The notes beneath the pieces were generated by a model that ran no database searches, was not told where the DNA came from, and saw nothing but the letters and a program-made list of their open reading frames with translations. The position numbers and the translations under genes were made by a program. Shown here in pieces: positions 39,634 to 48,588 of a stretch of 64,000 bases of DNA. The stretch's first letter is position 1. Every line of letters starts with the position of its first letter. The stretch covers positions 132,095 through 196,094 of the forward strand of contig CAMBXL010000004.1 in the NCBI GenBank assembly GCA_945871905.1, read 5' to 3'. The DNA comes from Chitinophaga pinensis (GTDB taxonomy: Bacteria > Bacteroidota > Bacteroidia > NS11-12g > UBA955).

Positions 39634-41979
39634 GGCTTTTGGGCTTGGGGATTGCTATTTATATTGTTAATGAATGCTTGCAAATCTACCAAATTAGTTC
39701 CCCAAGACAAACATTTGTTAGAAAAAAATATAATTAAAACAACTGTAACTGATAATAATGTCTTTAACAAGGTCATTAGTATATTGGACAGAGACCAAGC
39801 TATTTATGTAAAACACAAGCCCAATCGTAAAATATTGGTATTAGGGAAATTTTACTTAGGTCTATACAACGTAGGCAGCAGCAAAAAATATCCCGAAAAA
39901 AATGACAGTACAAAATGGCGTAAGTATCTCCGCAAAATTGGCGAAGCTCCTATCCTACTCGACACTAATGAAATACAAAAAACAAAAGTCAATCTTAAAA
40001 AATACTTAATAAACAAAGGCTATCTGAATTGTGACATTGAACACCAAGTAGTATACAAAAAGAAAAAAGCCATAGTCACCTATTTTATCAATCCTAACAA
40101 TGCCTTTACCATTCGCAAAATAATGTTGTTTGCCGATGATGCTGAAATTGACCAATTGCTAAACCAAAACATGAAGTTTTCTTTGCTTGATTCAGGCAAT
40201 AATCTGGACATTGAAGTCATTTCGCAAGAACGCAATAGAATGACTGAACTTCTTAGAAATAGTGGCTATTTTGACTTTAATAAAGATTATTTTGATTTTG
40301 AATTGGATACTATTAAAAAAGTGAATCAGGTGGATATTGTTATAAATATTTCCAACAAAGTAAATGGTGAAAGATTTATAAAAAAGAAAATCAATGCCAT
40401 CAATGTGGTTTTTGAAAATGATGAAGAAACTCAAAAACCTGAATCTACAATTTATTTCAACGGCATATCGTTCAATTTCAATGGTTACCCATTAAAACCT
40501 TATGTCATTGCAAAAAATATCACGATTAAAAAAGACTCTTTGTTCTGTGAGAACGAACTTGAAATTTCTTACGCCAAACTGAGTGAGCTTAGTATTTTCA
40601 AATTTATTGATATCACTTTTTTACCCAATCCCTTGGATACAGTTAATTCATTGAATGTACAAGTTACACTAAGAACCAATCTAAGACAGACGTTTTCTGT
40701 AGAACCGCAAGGAATTGTATCACAATTAAACAGAATTCAAAACAGCAGTTTGAGTTCCAATTCTTATGGTATTGCCAACAGTTTGATATGGGCGCACCGC
40801 AACTTATTTCGAAATGCAGAATTGTTTGAAATCAGTTCAAATACAAGAATGGAAACACAGTTTTACCGCGATGTAACAAGTAATCAGCTATTCTATACCA
40901 ATTTGGCGGTACAACAAAGTTTAAATGCCAGTTTAACCATTCCTAAATCATCGTTTATGAGGCCAATAGAAAGATGGAAAAATGTTAAATCAGTTAAAAC
41001 CAACTTCAATGTGTCATTTTTGTATGAGTTGAACCCCGACTATACCCGTAAAATATTGCCCTTAACTTATCAATATCAAATACAATCGAATCGTTTTACA
41101 TGGTATTTAAACATCGCTGAAATTTCCTTTAGTAGAAATAACTTAACCGATGTAAACTTATTTGGGCGAAATGACAGTGCATTTATAACCCGTATTTTTC
41201 AAAACAACTTGATTACGTCGAGCAGTTTAAATTTCTTTTTTACTAATAAAAACACAACTAAAAGTAGAAGTTTTTTCATTGTTCGTGCCAATGTGATAGA
41301 ATTAGGCGGCAATATTCACCGTTTGGCTAGACGTATTTTAGACAATCAAAATAATGCAGACACTGCATACCAATTGTTCAACGTCAATTATTTCCAATAT
41401 GCCAAAACCGAGATTGATGCGAGGTGTAGCACCAAATTGAACGAAAATTCATCCCTTGGATTTCGGTTAAATATGGGTGCCACCTACCCTTATTCCAATC
41501 AGAAAGAAGTGGCGTTTGATAAATTGTATTTTATAGGTGGAGCTAATAGTTTGAGAGGTTGGCGACCTCGAACCATTGGGCCGGGGGTTTATTTACCCAA
41601 TACCAATAATTTCAGAATAGACAGAGCAGGTGATTTAGTGATACAAGGAAGTATTGAATACCGATTTGACTTAATTAAAAACAAATTAGAAGGCGCCTTT
41701 TTTACCGATGCGGGCAATATTTGGATATTGAGAAACGAGAACAATGTGAATCCAGATAAATTATTCAAAATAAACCAATCCTACAAAGACATAGCAGCAA
41801 ATGCAGGAATTGGCGCTAGAATAGATTTTCAGTTCTTTTTATTCCGTTTAGACTATGGGTTTCAAATCCACAATCCAGAGTTTGTAGGAACAGAGCGTTG
41901 GGTGATCAAATATTTTGCTAGAAACCAGTATTTTAGTAAATATGGATTACTTAATTTCGGTATTGGATATCCTTTTTAA
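39610..41979 (+). CDS. BamA/TamA-family outer-membrane lipoprotein (TamL-like)
   Basis: Lipobox MNA-C, IGEAP, POTRA-type GY motifs, HRNLFRNAE, GGANSLRGW, DAGNIW, RLDYG and C-terminal FGIGYPF. The TTG start at 39610 is inferred. Confidence 0.85.
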   Translation: MNGSFTQHGFWAWGLLFILLMNACKSTKLVPQDKHLLEKNIIKTTVTDNNVFNKVISILDRDQAIYVKHKPNRKILVLGKFYLGLYNVGSSKKYPEKNDSTKWRKYLRKIGEAPILLDTNEIQKTKVNLKKYLINKGYLNCDIEHQVVYKKKKAIVTYFINPNNAFTIRKIMLFADDAEIDQLLNQNMKFSLLDSGNNLDIEVISQERNRMTELLRNSGYFDFNKDYFDFELDTIKKVNQVDIVINISNKVNGERFIKKKINAINVVFENDEETQKPESTIYFNGISFNFNGYPLKPYVIAKNITIKKDSLFCENELEISYAKLSELSIFKFIDITFLPNPLDTVNSLNVQVTLRTNLRQTFSVEPQGIVSQLNRIQNSSLSSNSYGIANSLIWAHRNLFRNAELFEISSNTRMETQFYRDVTSNQLFYTNLAVQQSLNASLTIPKSSFMRPIERWKNVKSVKTNFNVSFLYELNPDYTRKILPLTYQYQIQSNRFTWYLNIAEISFSRNNLTDVNLFGRNDSAFITRIFQNNLITSSSLNFFFTNKNTTKSRSFFIVRANVIELGGNIHRLARRILDNQNNADTAYQLFNVNYFQYAKTEIDARCSTKLNENSSLGFRLNMGATYPYSNQKEVAFDKLYFIGGANSLRGWRPRTIGPGVYLPNTNNFRIDRAGDLVIQGSIEYRFDLIKNKLEGAFFTDAGNIWILRNENNVNPDKLFKINQSYKDIAANAGIGARIDFQFFLFRLDYGFQIHNPEFVGTERWVIKYFARNQYFSKYGLLNFGIGYPF

Positions 41980-42008
41980 AATCTTTTTTTGAATATGTAT
42001 TTTTTTTA

Positions 42009-42016
42009 TATATTTG
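42009..42016 (+). promoter_or_regulatory. -7 promoter element (TATATTTG) for tRNA-His
   Basis: Exact TAnnTTTG match 14 nt before the tRNA. Confidence 0.7.
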
Positions 42017-42030
42017 CAATCCCAAAAAAT

Positions 42031-42108
42031 GGTAGTCATAGCTCAGTTGGTTAGAGCATCGGTTTGTGGTACCGAGGGTCGTGGGTTCGAGCCCCATTGA
42101 TTACCCCA
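42031..42108 (+). tRNA. tRNA-His (GTG) with encoded G-1 and CCA
   Basis: Acceptor stem GTAGTCA/TGATTAC, D arm GCTC/GAGC, anticodon stem TCGGT/ACCGA with loop TTGTGGT, T loop TTCGAGC, discriminator C, then CCA. Confidence 0.96.
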
Positions 42109-42141
42109 AAAGACAGATTTTAATTAATCTGTCTTTTTTTT
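42108..42141 (+). terminator. Intrinsic terminator after tRNA-His
   Basis: AAAAGACAGATT-loop-AATCTGTCTTTTTTTTT. Confidence 0.85.
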
Positions 42142-42330
42142 GAATAATGATATTCTATTTTAAAATAAAACGGTTTATTATTTAATAATGAATACTATAA
42201 ATATCAAATATTGAAACTCAAATCTAATGATGTAAAAGATAAGGCAAAAAAACCAACTCTTTCAAATCCTTTTATCAAATCTTCAAATACAAAATCATTC
42301 AAAGTGCCTCTCCTATTCAACTTAATTAAC

Positions 42331-42339
42331 TTATCCACA
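42331..42339 (+). promoter_or_regulatory. DnaA box (TTATCCACA)
   Basis: Perfect consensus match. A degenerate TTATCCATT follows at 42353. Confidence 0.5.
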
Positions 42340-42445
42340 ATTTCACCACGACTTATCCATTGACAATGGGGAAAAATTGAAAGAATAAAACAAATAGATT
42401 ATTCGAGTTAATCTTATTTTTGAAAGTTGAAACCTCACTGTAAAA

Positions 42446-43126
42446 ATGAATATTAAATATTTTGGCCATTCTTGTTTTGCTATCGAAATAAACGGAATGA
42501 ACCTTTTGTTTGATCCCTTTATTACTCCCAATGAACTGGCAAAGGAGATTGATATAAAATCAATTAAAGCCGATTACATTTTTATCAGTCATGCCCACCA
42601 AGACCATATTTACGATGCGCTTGAAATTGCCAAAAACAACGATTCAACCATTGTTTCGTGTTGGGAAATTACCGAATGGGCCGTTTCTAATGGTCATACC
42701 AAAACACACCCTATGAACATTGGTGGCACTTGGAAATTCGACTTCGGAACAGTTCAAATGTTTAATGCTGTTCACTCTAGCTCTTTTCCCGATGGAAGCT
42801 ATGGCGGAAATCCAGCAGGCTTTGTTTTCAACTGCCCTAATCATTGTTTTTATTACAGCGGTGATACTGCTTTAACAATGGACATGAAACTTATTGCCGA
42901 ACGCTATAACTTAAATTTTGCTTTTTTACCACTTGGTAGCAATTTTACAATGGATATCTATGATGCCGTAAAAGCCTCAAAATTCTTAAATTGCAAACAC
43001 ATTATTGGAATGCATTTCGACACGTTTCCTTACATCAAAATCAATCATTCAACAGCCGAACATGCTTTTGAAAATGAAAATATTAAACTGACACTACTAC
43101 ACATCAACGAAGCAATAGAAATATAA
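42446..43126 (+). CDS. Metallo-beta-lactamase-fold hydrolase (UPF0173-like)
   Basis: Motifs GHSCF, DPF, SHAHQDH, AVHSSS, YYSGDT and GMHFDTF. Confidence 0.88.
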   Translation: MNIKYFGHSCFAIEINGMNLLFDPFITPNELAKEIDIKSIKADYIFISHAHQDHIYDALEIAKNNDSTIVSCWEITEWAVSNGHTKTHPMNIGGTWKFDFGTVQMFNAVHSSSFPDGSYGGNPAGFVFNCPNHCFYYSGDTALTMDMKLIAERYNLNFAFLPLGSNFTMDIYDAVKASKFLNCKHIIGMHFDTFPYIKINHSTAEHAFENENIKLTLLHINEAIEI

Positions 43127-43127
43127 C

Positions 43128-43928
43128 ATGGGAAAAATAATAACAATAGCCAATCAAAAAGGCGGTGTCGGCAAAACCACTTCTGCTATTAACCTTGCAG
43201 CTAGTTTGGCTGTTCTTGAATTTAAAACGCTGCTTGTTGATGCCGACCCACAAGCAAACTCCTCTTCTGGTATTGGGTTCGACCCACAAAATGTGAAAGT
43301 AGGTTTATACGATTGCCTAATCAATGAACGTCCTGCTTCGGAAGTTATTCTAAAAACAGACTTAAAATTCCTTGACTTACTTCCTTCTAACATCAATTTA
43401 GTGGGAGCTGAGCTGGAAATGATTGACTTGCCTAACAGAGAAAAAGTAATGAAAAAAGCCTTTGAACAACTTAAAAAAGAATATGAATTCATTATTATTG
43501 ATTGTTCGCCTTCTCTAGGTTTAATTACAACAAACTCTCTGTGTGCCGCCGATTCTATCATTATTCCTGTTCAATGTGAGTATTTTGCATTAGAAGGATT
43601 AGGTAAGTTGTTAAATACCATTCGTATCGTTCAAAAAGAGTTAAATAAAAACTTAGCTATTGAAGGTATACTTCTAACCATGTATGATTCACGCCTTAGA
43701 CTTTGCAATCAGGTGGTTGAAGATGTAAAAATGCACTTCCAAAACATGGTGTTTGATACCATCATCCCCAGAAATACCAAATTAAGTGAAGCTCCAAGTT
43801 TTGGCATCCCTGTTTTGTCACACGATATAACAAGCAAGGGGTCTACAACCTACCTTAACTTAGCAAGAGAAATCTTACAAAAAAATGGTTTAACTAAACT
43901 AGAAAACAGCGAAAAAGTAATTTCATAA
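43128..43928 (+). CDS. parA: Chromosome partitioning ATPase ParA/Soj
   Basis: Motifs [25 protein letters not shown] and QCEYFALEG. Confidence 0.95.
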   Translation: MGKIITIANQKGGVGKTTSAINLAASLAVLEFKTLLVDADPQANSSSGIGFDPQNVKVGLYDCLINERPASEVILKTDLKFLDLLPSNINLVGAELEMIDLPNREKVMKKAFEQLKKEYEFIIIDCSPSLGLITTNSLCAADSIIIPVQCEYFALEGLGKLLNTIRIVQKELNKNLAIEGILLTMYDSRLRLCNQVVEDVKMHFQNMVFDTIIPRNTKLSEAPSFGIPVLSHDITSKGSTTYLNLAREILQKNGLTKLENSEKVIS

Positions 43929-43952
43929 ATCAAGCAGACAACTCATTATAGA

Positions 43953-44879
43953 ATGGCGAAAGAAGAATTAAATATCAAGAAAAAAGGTGGATTAGGAAAA
44001 GGATTATCAGCATTACTCAATAATGCAGATACCGATATTACTGTATCAGACGAATATCGTGCAGGTGGTAGTGTAAACTTTATTAAAATCAGTCAGATTG
44101 AAGCCAATCCATTTCAGCCTAGAACAGAATTTGAGCAAAAAGCATTAGAAGAATTGTCGGAATCCATTAAAATACATGGATTAATTCAACCCGTTACGGT
44201 TCGTAAAATGGGTTATGACAAGTTCCAACTGATAAGTGGCGAACGCAGAACTAGAGCTTCGATATTAGCCGGTCTTGTTAAAATTCCTGCTTATGTAAGA
44301 ATTGCCAATGACCAAGAAATGCTCGAAATGGCATTGATTGAAAACATACAACGTGAAAACTTAAATCCTATGGAGGTTTCATTAAGTTACAAGAGATTGT
44401 TGGATGAATGTCAGTTGAAACAAGATGAACTGGGCGAGCGTGTTGGAAAAGACAGAAGTACGGTAAGCAACTACCTTAGATTGCTTAAATTACCTGAGGA
44501 AATCCAATTGGCTCTTCAAGCCAATAAAATTTCAATGGGTCACGCCAAAGCCATACTAGCGGTTGACGAAGCTATTGAACAAATTAACCTTTACAGCCGA
44601 ATTATCAATGACAACTTAAGTGTTAGAAATGCAGAAGAATTGGCTAAATTGTCTAAAAACGATAAAGCTAATGGATCAGCTCCATCTTCAGGTGCAAAAC
44701 CTAAAGCTAATGCTTTTGACATTGACGATGCCCTTAAATTGAAACTCGACTATTTGAATAAAAAGTTGAAAACAAAAATCAGCGTTAAGAATAAAGGGAG
44801 TAAAGGCGAATTAGTCATTCCTTTTAATCAATACGTAGATTTGGAACGAATTTTGACTGCGTTAAACGTCGATGAATAA
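43953..44879 (+). CDS. parB: Chromosome partitioning protein ParB/Spo0J
   Basis: Motifs GLGKGLSALL, NPFQPR, ISGERR, ALIENIQRENL and HTH GKDRSTVSNYLRLL. Confidence 0.95.
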   Translation: MAKEELNIKKKGGLGKGLSALLNNADTDITVSDEYRAGGSVNFIKISQIEANPFQPRTEFEQKALEELSESIKIHGLIQPVTVRKMGYDKFQLISGERRTRASILAGLVKIPAYVRIANDQEMLEMALIENIQRENLNPMEVSLSYKRLLDECQLKQDELGERVGKDRSTVSNYLRLLKLPEEIQLALQANKISMGHAKAILAVDEAIEQINLYSRIINDNLSVRNAEELAKLSKNDKANGSAPSSGAKPKANAFDIDDALKLKLDYLNKKLKTKISVKNKGSKGELVIPFNQYVDLERILTALNVDE

Positions 44880-45450
44880 ATTTGTCCTTTTATTTTTTTT
44901 CAATTTTTGCCTATTGAATGCGTGGTCATTAGACACTATCAAATACCACCATTCTCATTCCCTTTCTCAAACTTTCAAAAGTACTGAAGAAAAAAAACAT
45001 TCACCACACAAAGCGTCCATTTACAGTGCTATACTTCCCGGTTTGGGACAAGCATACAATAAAAAATACTGGAAAATCCCAATTGTATATGCGGGACTTG
45101 GCGTAACGGGTTATTTTTTATTAAACAATCGTCAAAAAGTGCGCGAATTACAGCAAGCACTCAATGTCTTGTACGACAACGACCCCAATACTGTTCCTGA
45201 GGCTAAGTATAGTAAAGTTGACCGTGAGGTGTTACAAGCACAAAGGAACATAGCGCGCACCAATCGCGATTACAGTATTATTGCATTTTCTGGCGTTTAT
45301 TTAATTAATATAGTAGATGCCGCAATAGACGCTCATTTTTATCAATTCAACATAGACAAGCCATTGGCGATGCAACGAAAAAAGAACTGGAACCTACATT
45401 CATCATCGCAGTTCAATCAACATCAGATTGGATTGAATATTCGATTTTAG
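44872..45450 (+). CDS. DUF5683-domain protein
   Basis: Motifs SAILPGLGQAYNKKYWKIPIVY and NIVDAAIDAH. Usual position after parB in Bacteroidota. Confidence 0.85.
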   Translation: MNKFVLLFFFNFCLLNAWSLDTIKYHHSHSLSQTFKSTEEKKHSPHKASIYSAILPGLGQAYNKKYWKIPIVYAGLGVTGYFLLNNRQKVRELQQALNVLYDNDPNTVPEAKYSKVDREVLQAQRNIARTNRDYSIIAFSGVYLINIVDAAIDAHFYQFNIDKPLAMQRKKNWNLHSSSQFNQHQIGLNIRF

Positions 45451-45465
45451 ATTTATTTCATTTCA

Positions 45466-45645
45466 GCTCTCGCTAGCATCTTGCTAGTGATTCTGTGCTT
45501 TGCCTCTGGCACAAATACCCTAAATCCTAATTCCTAAATCCTCATTCCTCATTCCCCTGCTCTAGCTAGCATCTTGCTGGTGATTCGGGGCTTTGCCTCT
45601 GGCACAAATACCCCTAATTCCTAATTCCTATTTCCTATTTCCTAA
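45466..45645. repeat. Tandem 55-bp REP-like units, each followed by CCTAATT-type heptamer arrays
   Basis: Copies at 45466-45520 and 45559-45613 contain the palindrome GCTAGCA-tct-TGCTAG. Heptamer runs lie at about 45519-45555 and 45613-45645. Confidence 0.8.
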
Positions 45646-45652
45646 AAAACCA

Positions 45653-47764
45653 TCAACTAATCTGGCTCCAAAAATGGTCCGACTGATGTTGTATTAAATA
45701 CTGGAGTAATGGTTTGTGATTCTGGTCTTTCAAATCAAAATCTAGTTTAAGTAAATAGGCTGCAGCCCTTTTAGCTAAATCTATAATTTCAGTATCCTTT
45801 CCTAAATCCAATAATTTAAAGTCGGGCAAACCACTTTGACGGGTCCCTAAAACATCGCCGGGACCTCTCAACTCAAGGTCGACCTGTGAAATAATAAAAC
45901 CATCATTGGTTTTGCACATGGTATTAATTCTTTTTTTCGAAGGGTAATTCAATTCATCCTTGGTCATTAAAATACAATAACTTTGTTCAGATCCCCTTCC
46001 TACTCTTCCTCTTAGTTGGTGCAATTGAGACAAACCAAATCGGTTGGCGTTTTCAATAATCATTACTGAGGCATTTGGGACATTGACCCCCACTTCTATC
46101 ACCGTAGTAGAAACCATTATTTGGGTAATACCGTTTTTAAATCGGTTCATTTCCAACTCCTTTACATCTTGTTTCATTTTTCCATGCAACAAACTTATTT
46201 GATATTTGGGTACAGGAAAATAGGAATTCACCTCATCATAACCGTTCATTAAATCGTTCAAATCCAGTTTACTCGACTCTTCAATCAATGGATACACAAT
46301 ATATATTTGTCTACCCTTGTCAATTTGTGTTTTCACAAAAGACATCACCTCATACCTCAAACTTTCATCTTTGTGTAAGGTTCTTATCGGTTTTCTGTCT
46401 TTGGGTAGTTCGTCAATAATAGAAACATCCAATTCGCCATGAACAGTCATTGCCAATGTTCGGGGAATAGGCGTTGCGGTCATCACTAATATGTGTGGGT
46501 TAATTGACTTTTTCCAAAGTTTAGCCCTTTGAGCCACCCCAAAACGGTGTTGTTCGTCTATTATTGCCAATCCCATAGAATGAAAAGCCACATCATCTTC
46601 AATCAATGCATGAGTACCTATGAGTATGTCAATTTGATGTTCCTTTAGTAGGGCTAATATTTCACGTCTTTCTTTTGCAGTCGTTGAACCTGTTAATAAG
46701 CGAACATTTACTGGCAACTCTTTCAATAAATCGGAAATGGTTATATAATGCTGAAAAGCCAAAATCTCAGTTGGTGCCATTAAGCATGATTGATGACCAT
46801 TGTCTTTGGCCAAAAGCATACACAAGAGTGCAACAATTGTTTTACCACTTCCAACATCACCTTGAAGCAGGCGATTCATTTGACTGCCGTGTGCCAAGTC
46901 CTCTTTGATTTCTTTAATTACTCGTTTTTGAGCGTTTGTGAGTTCGAATGTTAAATGTTCCTTATAAAATTGATTGAAATTATCACCAACTTTGGGCATT
47001 TTTATCCCTTGTTGTGTTTGTTTTCTGAGTGCTTTGTTTTTTTCGGAACGCATGGCCAGTACAAACATTTCCTCAAACTTTATTCGGCGAATGGCATCGC
47101 TAGCTTCATGTTCCGTTCTTGGATAATGAATCCATTTAATGGCTTGTTGTGCTGATATTAATTTAATAGGATACGTTATAGTATCTGGAATAAATTCGGG
47201 CCACACAAACTGTGGATTGGTAACAATTTGAACCACCATGTTACCGATTAATTTTGAATCGACATACCTGCTTTTCAACTTTTCTGTCAACGGATACACT
47301 GGTTCCATTTTCAAACCAAGTTTATCATCTTCGGGGGTATATAGTTTTATTTCAGGGTGAGAAATACTAAGGGTTCCATTAAAATTAGTTACCTTTCCGT
47401 AAACGGTATATACATGTTGAAGTTTCAGATTTTTGATGACGTATTGGTAATTTTTAAACCATACCAAATTTATTATACCGCTACTGTCTTTAATAACAGC
47501 ACTGAGGCGTTTACCATTTTTAGACGTTTGCAATTGAAAATCGAGCAAAATCCCTCTAATTTGGATATTGGGCGATTCTTCAGAAAACTCTTTAATAAGA
47601 GACACTTTTGATTTATCGACATACCGAGTGGGGTAATATTGTAAAACATCTTTAAAAGTAAAAAGCCCAAGTTCAGATTTAATAACTTCAGCTTTTTGGG
47701 GTCCTACCCCTTTCAAATATTCAATATTAGAGTTTAAAAAATGGTTCAAAGATTGGTATTGCAA
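45653..47764 (-). CDS. recG: ATP-dependent DNA helicase RecG
   Basis: Motifs LKGVGP, RLLQGDVGSGKT, DEQHRFG, MTATPIPRT, QLHQLRGRVGRG and DLELRGPG. Confidence 0.96.
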   Translation of the reverse strand: MQYQSLNHFLNSNIEYLKGVGPQKAEVIKSELGLFTFKDVLQYYPTRYVDKSKVSLIKEFSEESPNIQIRGILLDFQLQTSKNGKRLSAVIKDSSGIINLVWFKNYQYVIKNLKLQHVYTVYGKVTNFNGTLSISHPEIKLYTPEDDKLGLKMEPVYPLTEKLKSRYVDSKLIGNMVVQIVTNPQFVWPEFIPDTITYPIKLISAQQAIKWIHYPRTEHEASDAIRRIKFEEMFVLAMRSEKNKALRKQTQQGIKMPKVGDNFNQFYKEHLTFELTNAQKRVIKEIKEDLAHGSQMNRLLQGDVGSGKTIVALLCMLLAKDNGHQSCLMAPTEILAFQHYITISDLLKELPVNVRLLTGSTTAKERREILALLKEHQIDILIGTHALIEDDVAFHSMGLAIIDEQHRFGVAQRAKLWKKSINPHILVMTATPIPRTLAMTVHGELDVSIIDELPKDRKPIRTLHKDESLRYEVMSFVKTQIDKGRQIYIVYPLIEESSKLDLNDLMNGYDEVNSYFPVPKYQISLLHGKMKQDVKELEMNRFKNGITQIMVSTTVIEVGVNVPNASVMIIENANRFGLSQLHQLRGRVGRGSEQSYCILMTKDELNYPSKKRINTMCKTNDGFIISQVDLELRGPGDVLGTRQSGLPDFKLLDLGKDTEIIDLAKRAAAYLLKLDFDLKDQNHKPLLQYLIQHQSDHFWSQIS

Positions 47765-47806
47765 TATTATAAATTATCTCTAATTTTGCAGTACTTTTTA
47801 TAAAAA

Positions 47807-48229
47807 ATGAAAAAAATCTTTATTCTTTCAATCATTGCAAGTGCATTTATTGCCTGCAACAACGCACCAAAAGTGACTGAATCTGCAACTAAAGTTGTAG
47901 AACTTACCTCATGGGTTGACTCAATTAAAAACGTAATTGGATCAACGACATCATACGACACAGCCACTTGGGTTGGGTATTCAGAGAGTTTTAATGGCGT
48001 TTTAGCTTCTGTAAACGAAACAGAATTAGATGAGGCTTCAAAAACAGCTTTAGAATCAGTTAAAACTTCTTGGACTGAATTAACTAATATTTATACCAAA
48101 GGATTAGAAGCTGCAGCAATGAAAGCTAATGAAGCAAAAGATTCTACAATTGCTGAATTACCAACTTCAGAAGCTACAGTTGATCAAAAAACGGTCCTAG
48201 AAAAAGTGAAAGAAGCTGTTAAAAAATAA
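47807..48229 (+). CDS. Hypothetical helical lipoprotein
   Basis: Lipobox FIA-C, own promoter (TAATTTTG at 47781-47788) and own terminator. Confidence 0.75.
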   Translation: MKKIFILSIIASAFIACNNAPKVTESATKVVELTSWVDSIKNVIGSTTSYDTATWVGYSESFNGVLASVNETELDEASKTALESVKTSWTELTNIYTKGLEAAAMKANEAKDSTIAELPTSEATVDQKTVLEKVKEAVKK

Positions 48230-48252
48230 TATTTCACAAAATAATATTGAAG

Positions 48253-48282
48253 AAGTTGAGCATAACCGCTCAACTTTTTTTT
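48253..48282 (+). terminator. Intrinsic terminator
   Basis: AAGTTGAGC-loop-GCTCAACTT followed by a T run. Confidence 0.85.
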
Positions 48283-48554
48283 ATTTAGCAATTTTAATAT
48301 ACACTCTATTCATGAATTAATACATTCAACTTAATGTGTGTTGCATTTTTGCTAAACAAAAAAATACAAGGCAATTTAAACAACTTGATTTACAATTTGA
48401 AACAAATCACTAGATAAATATTAATTGTAATTTTTTTTGAAATAAAAATTATGAAGAACCCCTTAAAATATGAATACATTGTAATTTCTATCTTTAATTT
48501 TTTAAGTGTATTTTTTATGATTAAATATTTTTAGGATATTAAAATAATTATTTC

Positions 48555-48588
48555 TAATTTTGCCGCCCCACAAAGGAGGAAACAAAAT
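48555..48588 (+). promoter_or_regulatory. rpsA promoter -7 element (TAATTTTG, 48555-48562) and Shine-Dalgarno AAAGGAGG (48572-48579)
   Basis: Both motifs read directly from the sequence. The SD ends 9 nt before the TTG at 48589. Confidence 0.75.

Noticed and set aside
42031-42445. tRNA-His as an integration site for a prophage or island
   Set aside because: I saw no integrase and no duplicated tRNA 3' end. The downstream genes are core (hydrolase-parAB).
43128-44879. ParAB as a plasmid or ICE partition system
   Set aside because: The sequences are chromosomal Soj/Spo0J type, in the standard Bacteroidota context of MBL hydrolase and DUF5683.
45466-45645. Possible mini-CRISPR array (55-bp repeat, 38-bp spacer)
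   Set aside because: There are only two repeats, they are longer than typical CRISPR repeats, the spacers are low-complexity heptamer runs resembling each other, and no cas genes are present.
48290-48550. Long AT-rich gap upstream of rpsA as an ncRNA or structured leader
   Set aside because: I found no convincing stem-loops or ORF, and the -7 element at 48555 implies a short leader.
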